In this document: positions 35,157 to 43,600 of the stretch, piece after piece
Numbering within the stretch: the first letter of the stretch is position 1
Layout: every line of letters starts with the position of its first letter
DNA from: Armatimonadota bacterium
Lineage (GTDB): Bacteria; Armatimonadota; UBA5829; DTLH01
Assembly (NCBI GenBank): GCA_016190935.1
Contig: JACPPP010000133.1
Coordinates: forward strand, 1 to 56,427
Length of the DNA stretch: 56,427 nucleotides
Reading direction: 5' to 3'
Position numbers and translations under genes: made by a program
Notes under the pieces: generated by a model
Database searches by the model: none
What the model was told of the DNA's origin: nothing
What the model saw: the letters and a program-made list of their open reading frames with translations, nothing else

Positions 35157-38100
35157 TCACTCAATCTCTATGCCCTGAACAATCGCATCGTTGTTTCCGG
35201 TAGCGGTAATCCGTATCTTGATGTTCCCATCCTTGTCGGGCGTGATGTTCTGCGCTCGAATGTCTGCGGCCATTCCGACCTGCCCGGCCGCCTTCGCCGG
35301 GTCCCAAGACTCTCGGATTCTTCTGCCGTTGATCTCGATATTCATCGGCCTCTGACCAGGCTCCTTCAGCCACAGCTCAGCAAATTTCAGATGCACTGCA
35401 TATAGGCCAGCGGGAACATGTATAGTATAGCTTAACGACTTACCGCTGCGAGCAGTTTGATACAAAGCCTGATCATATAGTGTCGGAGATGCCTGGCTTA
35501 CAGCAGAATCAGAACAGAGCACCTCCCTATCCTCAAAACCTGTATCCGCGCTCCATGGGACGCTATTCCAGTCAACAAATTGGCTATCGGAGCCTGCATC
35601 AATCCGCATAGCAGGCCTTACCTCCGGCAGCACCTCTATCGCCTGAACCATCGCCCTGTCGGTCTTCTGGCTCGGCTCAATGCCTCCAGTGAACCTTAGC
35701 ATAATCCCTCCATCCGCATCTGGAACAAGGTATCTGAAGACGCGCTCATAAGCTTTCTTGCTGCCGCGCGCCGCTTGGCAGATGTCAAAATTGGTCAGGG
35801 CCCGCTTGCCGTTAATGCTCAGATTGAATGGTCTCTCGAAAGACCACTGAAACTTCGTCTCAGCAAACTTCAACCGCAGAGTATATAGGCCCGGCTTCAC
35901 GGGGATCGAGTAGCTGAAATCTTTGCCTTCTCTTCCATATTGATACAGTGCCTGATCCTCCAGAGTCGGCAGCGCGCCCGTGACCCCCACCTTAGAAGCC
36001 ACGGGCTTTCCACCACTAAAGAACCGATCGGCCGACCAAACGTTGCCGGCCCTGTCCGTATAAGGCTTCTTAGCCCCACACAGAATCCGCACGACGCTCG
36101 CCTCGCCGGCAGTCTCATTCTGTAGATACACGATCCGAGGCATCCAAGCAATGATGTCATGCTTCGGAGTTGTCCCCTTGTCGAGCACAAACCGGACTAC
36201 ATCCCCTTTGGCAACATCGACGGTCAAATCGTGCATGCAGCCCTTCAGATCTTCGACGGGTATTTGTGCCCAGCCGCCCAGTGGCCAGATCTGTTTTTCG
36301 CCATGGAGGATCCGCACGCGCAGAGGACCTCCCTTATCACGTCGATAGTACTCCTTCATGACGCGACTGATTATGCGCACCTTCCCGGCCTTGGGGGCAA
36401 CCCACGAGCGGACACACTGCGCATCCGTGGATGCCTGCTGCCAGCCTCGGCCGACTCTTGCCCCGTTCGCGCTCTCCCAGCACCCTTCCGACCCCTGGGG
36501 CTGATTGGCAATTCCACCGTAGTCACCGTAAGGAGTCTTCGCGGGTGTCGCCCAGACCATCGGAGTGAACGTCTTGTCGTCAGTCGTCGTATCTGCATAC
36601 CAGCCGTCGTATCCACGCTCCGGAAAGTTGCCCCCGAACACCGCGAAGACCAACGGCTCATCAAGTATCGGCTCCGATAACGTCCAGGGGCTTATATTAC
36701 CGTCCCCATCCACCGTCCGAACCGCATATTGAGCCTCAGGATCCCATCCTTCGGAATGATCGAAGAAGTACAAGCCCTTGCTTGCTTTTCCCAGTATCTT
36801 GGAGTCCCTGCGGACCTCATAGTAGCTGATCCAGTTATCATCGCTGCCCGGAGACCAGTATATCCCCACGCCTCCGTGCCCGACGTTCGTTTCACGCCGA
36901 GTAACTACGCGCCCAGGCGCATCAGGAGCAATCTTGTCGCGTCCACCGAGCGGGCGGTTCGAAAGATTCAGATAGACCAACTCGCGCGGGGCCTGTTTCT
37001 TGAAAGTAATCCCATTCGTCATCAAGTTAGCGCCTGTCCGAACCGTAGTCTCCTTAGTCGAATCGAATCCTACAATGTACTTGTGCTCAGGCAGCAGCCC
37101 GCGAGGGTAGATCGTCACTTCGGACTCTGCCCTATGAGTAGGGATGATCATCGACTTAGTGCGGTCGTGATTCAAGCGTTGGAAGTAATAGAACTCTTTG
37201 TCACCTTTGACAACCGGGTGCGACACATAGCTCCACCTGCCTGCGACTCCTTCTCGCAGCATGTAGCGATACAGATCGACGTCCTGCCGGACCAACTCGC
37301 GGTCGGAGTGAGTAACCCAGTAATCCCAGCACGGAACGACGGTCAAGTTCTGACGCGCAGTGTCGGGCCTGTACTTGCCATTGGCATAATACACCTCTAT
37401 CATCTCCATCCACTTGTCCGGCGGATCCAGATAGGAGAAGTAGAAGTTCGTCTGGTCTCCACGACCTGAGTCCGATAGATAGTTGAGGTCGGCATATCGC
37501 TGGATTTCGAATGTATGCGCGTATCTACTCCCTCCATTGCACGTATGGAACGATGACCGGGGATTCTGAGTGAGGAAGTGCTCAATCTGGCTGCGGAATC
37601 GCTTGTCAGCGTCAAAGTTGAACCCACCTATAGCATCTGTCCGCCACTGGAAGTCACCCCAGGACCCGACCTTGGTATCCATGATCCCTTGACTCGGCCA
37701 CCCGCAGAACCACAGTATCCAGGTGGCATCCATCTTCGTCAGGTACCGCAGGACCTGCGAGAAATCCGGCCCCTCACGGCTTGGAGCCCATGTCGGACCT
37801 TCAGACCATCCCGCGTCATCCCACAGCGCGTCAAACCCGCAAGTTCGCAGAATGTCTGTCCAATCCATGTCCACCTTTGCCATCCGGCTGGCAAACATGT
37901 CCTGCAGGTTGGTGGCCTCGGCGACCCACGGATGAGCAAGCTGGGTGCGACCATAAAAATAATCATTGGTATAGTCCCATAGATACTCGTACTGCCAGTC
38001 GTAGAGCCTTCGGCCCATGTCGTCGAGGTCGTCACGAAACACTCCAAAAGTAAGAAGAGGCAACTGAAGACGCGCGCCTGGGGTGAGTTTATAGCCAATA

Positions 38101-39425
38101 AGCTCAGGCAGACTTGCCGTCACTATCACCGGGCCGGAACCCTGATGGTCTGTGGAGAAGACCCAGTCACCAAGATACTCAGCCGCCATGAACCATCCAT
38201 CGCCATCGGGTCCATTTCCTTGGATCGCCATCCATGGGTAGTAGTAGTCGGTCTCGTAGCCAAATGCGGCATGGTGATACGAATCCGAGACTGTGTCGGA
38301 TTGCAGCAATCCCTGGTTCGGACGGCTGTTGGCGCCGTACATCCAATAGTGGGTAAATGAGGAACTCTTGTCTTCCGGCATTGCGATAGAGAAGTGATCT
38401 GCTGACTCAATGGCAACCTCACTGGAGCCCGCATTCTCAATCTCTACCCACTGACGCAACACTGAGGTGCCAGGATAGGCAACGATGTGCAGGTCCACCC
38501 TCAGCGCCTGACGCCTGAGCGCTAGATCGAGTTGCACTGCAGGTCTACCTCCCGCCGCGATTTCGCGGGCTCCCCCTGACTCCAAGCTCCATCCCTTACC
38601 ACTCTGGACGGGCTGCCCTGTAGCCAACGGATTCGGCCTGAATACGAGAATCTCAAGGCAGGTCTCGCCTCCACCGACGTTCTCCGCCTGCCCTCTAATG
38701 GTAACCACACCATCTTTAGTTGCCTGCCACACACGCGCGGAGTCTGCTCTTATCGATGGGTGCAGTTTCGTCGAACCGACCAGCGGCACATCCGTGGGTG
38801 CGGTATACCAGGTTCTCCCGATCATAACCCGGACTTTGTCTCCGCCCGGCTGCTGCTCAATCGAATCCAGTGGCTCAAGATACCGCGTTCCTCGCTTATG
38901 AATGCAATAATGCCAAACAGGCCCCTGTGCAAGCGTAGTCTCATCCGATGAGGCATAGCTTTCTCCGTCCCCGTAATCAACCGTGGTGATCCATTTTGTC
39001 TCAGCTCCTTTGTGCTGACCACCAACAGCCCCAACGCAGAACGCAATCTTGTCCCCGCGCTTCACCGCTATCTGGACCTTGTCGCTGACCGGGTCGGCGC
39101 TGCCGTTGCTTTTCAGAGACTTTGTCCATACCGACTCGATGGTGTATCCTCCCCGACTTTCCAGCAGGAAAGGGTCCGCCTGTCCTGTCAAGTATTCCCT
39201 TGCCGGGGAGCACAGTTTGTTCTGGTAGCCGGCCAGACGCAACTGTCCGTCCTTACTCTCGAAGGCAAGCTGGACGGCGCCGGTGCCAATGGTCCACCTC
39301 AGACCATCAGCGCTGCCGCGTGCGTAGGCATCGCCTACCTGCACACTGGACGATGCTACGACCGCCGCCATTGAGCCGCAAAACGACAGAGCGGCGCAGA
39401 TCAAGATCCTCAAGCGCCAGTTCAT
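35157..39425 (-). CDS. Giant secreted modular protein (1422 aa): divergent GH36-like core, FN3, two divergent copies of the N-module fold, tandem C-terminal malectin/CBM57-like domains
   Basis: Signal peptide with GAGGAGG RBS. GH36-like region about 36951-38540 (LWDDAGW, FQWRTDAIG, HTCNGGSRYAH). FN3 about 36681-36929. Malectin-like repeats about 35622-36098 and 35160-35612 (..LYQYGREGKDFSYSIPVKPGLYTLRLKFAE.. / ..LYQTARSGKSLSYTIHVPAGLYAVHLKFAE..). Confidence 0.75.
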   Translation of the reverse strand: MNWRLRILICAALSFCGSMAAVVASSSVQVGDAYARGSADGLRWTIGTGAVQLAFESKDGQLRLAGYQNKLCSPAREYLTGQADPFLLESRGGYTIESVWTKSLKSNGSADPVSDKVQIAVKRGDKIAFCVGAVGGQHKGAETKWITTVDYGDGESYASSDETTLAQGPVWHYCIHKRGTRYLEPLDSIEQQPGGDKVRVMIGRTWYTAPTDVPLVGSTKLHPSIRADSARVWQATKDGVVTIRGQAENVGGGETCLEILVFRPNPLATGQPVQSGKGWSLESGGAREIAAGGRPAVQLDLALRRQALRVDLHIVAYPGTSVLRQWVEIENAGSSEVAIESADHFSIAMPEDKSSSFTHYWMYGANSRPNQGLLQSDTVSDSYHHAAFGYETDYYYPWMAIQGNGPDGDGWFMAAEYLGDWVFSTDHQGSGPVIVTASLPELIGYKLTPGARLQLPLLTFGVFRDDLDDMGRRLYDWQYEYLWDYTNDYFYGRTQLAHPWVAEATNLQDMFASRMAKVDMDWTDILRTCGFDALWDDAGWSEGPTWAPSREGPDFSQVLRYLTKMDATWILWFCGWPSQGIMDTKVGSWGDFQWRTDAIGGFNFDADKRFRSQIEHFLTQNPRSSFHTCNGGSRYAHTFEIQRYADLNYLSDSGRGDQTNFYFSYLDPPDKWMEMIEVYYANGKYRPDTARQNLTVVPCWDYWVTHSDRELVRQDVDLYRYMLREGVAGRWSYVSHPVVKGDKEFYYFQRLNHDRTKSMIIPTHRAESEVTIYPRGLLPEHKYIVGFDSTKETTVRTGANLMTNGITFKKQAPRELVYLNLSNRPLGGRDKIAPDAPGRVVTRRETNVGHGGVGIYWSPGSDDNWISYYEVRRDSKILGKASKGLYFFDHSEGWDPEAQYAVRTVDGDGNISPWTLSEPILDEPLVFAVFGGNFPERGYDGWYADTTTDDKTFTPMVWATPAKTPYGDYGGIANQPQGSEGCWESANGARVGRGWQQASTDAQCVRSWVAPKAGKVRIISRVMKEYYRRDKGGPLRVRILHGEKQIWPLGGWAQIPVEDLKGCMHDLTVDVAKGDVVRFVLDKGTTPKHDIIAWMPRIVYLQNETAGEASVVRILCGAKKPYTDRAGNVWSADRFFSGGKPVASKVGVTGALPTLEDQALYQYGREGKDFSYSIPVKPGLYTLRLKFAETKFQWSFERPFNLSINGKRALTNFDICQAARGSKKAYERVFRYLVPDADGGIMLRFTGGIEPSQKTDRAMVQAIEVLPEVRPAMRIDAGSDSQFVDWNSVPWSADTGFEDREVLCSDSAVSQASPTLYDQALYQTARSGKSLSYTIHVPAGLYAVHLKFAELWLKEPGQRPMNIEINGRRIRESWDPAKAAGQVGMAADIRAQNITPDKDGNIKIRITATGNNDAIVQGIEIE

Positions 39426-39548
39426 TTATGGAAACCTCCTCAAGCTCAGTTTATGATTGCAGAAAAATGGTTCAAGCAGTCAATTTGTACGCCTAATTGC
39501 AGCAGAGAATTTGAATACCGAGGTGATAACAGCATTAACGAAATGAAT

Positions 39549-39577
39549 GGCCGGGTGGACTCAATACCCACCCGGCC
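39549..39577 (-). terminator. Hairpin downstream of the PEP-CTERM gene (10-bp perfect GC-rich stem, 9-nt loop)
   Basis: ggccgggtgg-actcaatac-ccacccggcc. On the minus strand it is followed by attcatttcgtt, which is only moderately T-rich. Confidence 0.45.
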
Positions 39578-39642
39578 AGAGCCAGATTATCCACGGCATG
39601 TCGCAGCCGTATTCTTAATAGCACCTTGCATCCGTAGATTGA

Positions 39643-40398
39643 TTACCTTGACTTGCGGCGCAGCAGAGCCAGACCAGCGCTGCCCAGTAGTCCGCCGAGC
39701 ATCATCATGGAGCCAGGCTCGGGAACGACATCAATACTAGCCTGCAGGGCAGCAAGGCCCATGCTGAAGTCCCGATCGGGACCCAAGCCGACTGTAAAGT
39801 CGATCTTGTCACCCTGTGCCAGGGTCAGAAGCAGCGAGAATGGCGCCTCTTCGATCAACTGGCTGGGATCACTGGGATCATACCAGATCAGACCGTCGAA
39901 GATACTGGTCCTGTTGAGAAGGATGTGTACGTCATTCGTCGACGTCATCCATACCTGCTGGAGGAACTTGCCGCTGATCAGATAGTCACCTGCCGCGGGA
40001 GCTGTCCACCGTATCAGGGGGAACTCGGGCGCGTAAACGCCCGGGTGCATGGCGACCTCGTTTGCCCGCATGCTAAACCACCCGCTATCCCACTGAGCGT
40101 TCGTCTTGTTATGCAAGATGGACGGCGACGCAAAAGCATACCACCATCCTTCTATCGCCCCGGTAGCCCCTCCGGGTCCGCCAGGATAGAGAGCGAGGTC
40201 GGGAACATACTCACCGTCGTAGTTGAACCTGTAGGCAGGATTCGTTATGTCGTCAGTCCAACCATAACTCCAAGCGCCGCTCGGATTGGTGGACCCAAAA
40301 TCGCCCGAAACGTCCCAGCCCGCGATGGCAGGAAGAGCAACGATTCCGAGGCCGACAGTTAGTGTCAGTACAAAAAATGTTCTTACTGTTCGATACAT
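39643..40398 (-). CDS. PEP-CTERM-anchored protein consisting only of the NPNG-WSYG N-module, 251 aa
   Basis: Signal peptide, N-module at aa 27-224 (39727-40320), then VPEPGSMMMLGGLLGSAGLALLRRKSR (PEP motif, TM helix, basic tail). AAAGGAG RBS. Confidence 0.85.
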   Translation of the reverse strand: MYRTVRTFFVLTLTVGLGIVALPAIAGWDVSGDFGSTNPSGAWSYGWTDDITNPAYRFNYDGEYVPDLALYPGGPGGATGAIEGWWYAFASPSILHNKTNAQWDSGWFSMRANEVAMHPGVYAPEFPLIRWTAPAAGDYLISGKFLQQVWMTSTNDVHILLNRTSIFDGLIWYDPSDPSQLIEEAPFSLLLTLAQGDKIDFTVGLGPDRDFSMGLAALQASIDVVPEPGSMMMLGGLLGSAGLALLRRKSR

Positions 40399-40606
40399 CT
40401 TACTTTCTCCTTTCGTTTTTACAGATTGTGTGTGTTGTCGGATGCTTGATGCTATAATCGGCTCTACGTTTACAGCGTTTACGCTTAGATTCCCAGTCGG
40501 TGCCTGCTTGGGCGTCCCGCACCCTGATTAAACACTTGCAGGCCGGATGAGAAAGGGGTTAGGCCCGGGCTCGGGCCCAACATCGTTTCGTCGTTGCTAA
40601 TCAGCA

Positions 40607-43600
40607 CTATGGGTTCACTATGACGTCAGTGTCCCCTCTGGGCCGAATAGCTGAAATAATAGTCGTCCCTTCCTTAGCCAGTCCAGCCAATCCTGTGATG
40701 GCAACGTAAGGCTCGCCGTTGAGATCCTTTGTGATTGGACTTGTAAGGCCGCTTAGCATGACTCTCACGCCAACCGCTACCCCGCTGCCATCGTTGACTG
40801 CACTGCCATCATCTACATATATGTAGTTGGCGCCTTTGAAGGTGACCCTGCCCCAGATCGTCACTAAAAGACCTGAGGTACTTGTCCCCGTGCCGGAGAC
40901 AGTCCTGTTATTGATGCCCAGCGGTCCAAGCGGTATCCCAGGGGTCGGGCTTACTGATGTGGCATCAATATACTTCTCGCCGTTGGCATCATTAGCCACA
41001 ATGCCGGTCAGCGTCATGCTGTCTCCAAGTGAGACGGCCGTGACGCCACTGCGTGGAACTACCTTGATCCCGCAGGACCTATCCGGCTCTTCAATGTAGT
41101 AGCTACCGTCACTAAAAGTCCCGGAGGCAGCCGTAGACACCTTGGCATCCGTAAGCCTTACGGACGTGCCGGGATCCAGCCGCTTGATGTCGAGGATTCG
41201 AGTGTATGCGGCCCCTGGCAGATCCAGCGTGAAGTTCTGTGTCTTCGTCGTTCCCGCGACAACCGCTACCGTCGCCTGTGCCGTCTCATACCCGGTCTTG
41301 CTGGCCATCAGTGTCTGGGATCCGGGAGCCAGCGCCAGTGTGTAAGAGCCATTCTGGTCGGTCAGCGCCCAGACAGAGTTGTCCAACAACCCAACTTTCG
41401 CTCCCGAAAGGGACGGATTGCCGAGTTCACTCGAATTGACTATACCCGTCACCAGACCGATAGGTGTTGTTGAGGCACTCTCAAATGCTCCACGATCCGG
41501 AGCAGGCGGTGTAAACGGCAGGCCAACATCGACGCCTGAGTTGATGGCGAGCGATCCAGCCTGCAGGTGATAGTCGCGCCCAGATGCGTTTACGAACAAC
41601 GGGTCAGCGTTGAACTCAGCAACACCCGGGCTGGCCCCAGAACCATAGTCCACAACGTTGTTGTAGAAAAGGTTATGGGAATGTGCCAGTGCTCGGTTAT
41701 AGCTAAGCGCCTGAACCTTGGATTCCGTGATGATGTTGTTCACCACGCTGCTGTTAGGTGAAGTGTCCATAAGCGCGCCTGTCGATGTGCTGACGAACGT
41801 GTTGTTGTAGATCTTCAGGTTACTACAATTCCCCGTTGTGTAGAAGCCACGGTCATCAACAGCCGCCGCCTTGCCATAGACCACATTATTGCAATACGTG
41901 TTGTCACTATTATTGTAGGCATCGCAGAATCCTGTGGAATAGCCGTATGTGGCCTGGTTCGAGTCATGGACAAGGCAGTTCTTTACTTTGACGTGGTTGG
42001 CGCCATCACTCACGAACACACCGTGGAAACACCCGATGACCTCAAACCCATCGATCACGATGTACGTTGCCGCCGTCGTAGCGACGTGGATTCCCATCGT
42101 GACGCCAGCGGCGTTGTTTCCGTTTATGAGCACCCTGCCCGACGCAGTTTCGGCTTTGTAGGTTATCGGAGCCAGCATGTTCCCGCCACACATTCTTATG
42201 TCCGCGGCGGTCTTGCCGCCGACCGCTGTCCACAGAGAATACGTGCCGGGTTGAACCAGGATGGTATCGTTCGCCTTAAGTTGTTTTAATCTGTCGCCGT
42301 TATCGATCGAGGCCCACGCGGTCTGCAAACTCAAACCATCGGCATCATCATCGCCAGTGGGTTTGACATAATAAGTCACTCCCGGGAGGGCACTCAATAC
42401 GAAGTCATGCACCACGGTTTCTTCCGTTTGGACCGTTATGGTCGCCAACGCCGGAGCAGCGTCGGGGTAGCTGACGTCCACGGTATAGGTGCCGGGTGGC
42501 AGCACCAGCCAATACGTTCCGTCCGCCGCGGTTGTCGACCAAACACCTGATGAACTAGATACCACGGCTCCGGGAATCGGTGTGTGCTCCTCTGTATTCG
42601 CCGTGACCGTACCCCTGATTCCGGACGCAGGTGTCGTAGAACTCGATTCAAACGCCCCCCGATCAGGCGCCGGACCTGTGAATGGAAGTCCTACGTCGAG
42701 TCCGGTGTTGATAGCAGGTGAACCGGAAGCCAGATGGTAATCGCGACCCGCTGCATCTACAAACATCGGATCGATATTGAATTCACCAGTGCCAAGAGAT
42801 GTCCCAATGACGTCATCGGGATTGTTGTAAAAGAGGTTGTAGGAGTGGCTGAAGCCAACGTCTCCATACACGGAGTTGATCCCCGAGAACTTCGAGTCGG
42901 TGATAATGTTGTTTGCCACATTCGTCCCACCTAGCGAATTCCCGATGAAGACTCCTTGCGACAGTCCTACGAAGGTGTTGTTGTAGATCTTCGCATTTGA
43001 GTTGGCATCTGTATAGACGCCAACATCACTCGCCAGGCCAGAGTCACTCACAACCACGTTATGGAAATAAGTGGTATTGTCGGCTCCCCAAACATCCTGG
43101 AAGCCAGCGCAGCCTTCCGACGGATACAATGTAATGCTCGTTAGGTCGTGAACATAGCAATTTTGGACTAATACGTCAGCCGATGTGCCCTGAACCATGA
43201 CTCCTATCGAGCATCCTGAAAACTCGAAACCGTCAACGACCACGTCGTGAGCGCCCTGTACGGCCATCCCGTATTTGCGATCGTCAAGATTCTGGTCATC
43301 GTATATCAGCACTCGATCCCCGGGTACCTTATTGTCTGCAATATAGGTAAGCGGATGGTAAGGTCTACCGCTCGCTCGCAGAAGACCCGCGCTCCTCTGC
43401 CACGCGCCTTCATCACCGTACACTGGATACATGCCTGGCTGCACCAAAACAGTATCACCAGGACCGAGCACCGCGGGCCAGAGTAGCTGGGGAGGGTCTT
43501 GATTGTCGTACTTGGAATAGACACCCCTGTCGATAGTCTTCCATGCCTCCACGATGCTTGTTCCCGACAGGGAATCATCCCCATCAGCCTTGACATAATA

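Noticed and set aside
40610-41212. Conserved RGD tripeptide (RPRGDxDV) at the end of the YYIEEPDR modules, considered as an integrin-type adhesion motif.
   Set aside because: It is a tripeptide conserved within a module-terminal beta-strand context in an environmental-type bacterium, with no supporting evidence for host interaction. It most likely marks a structural module boundary.
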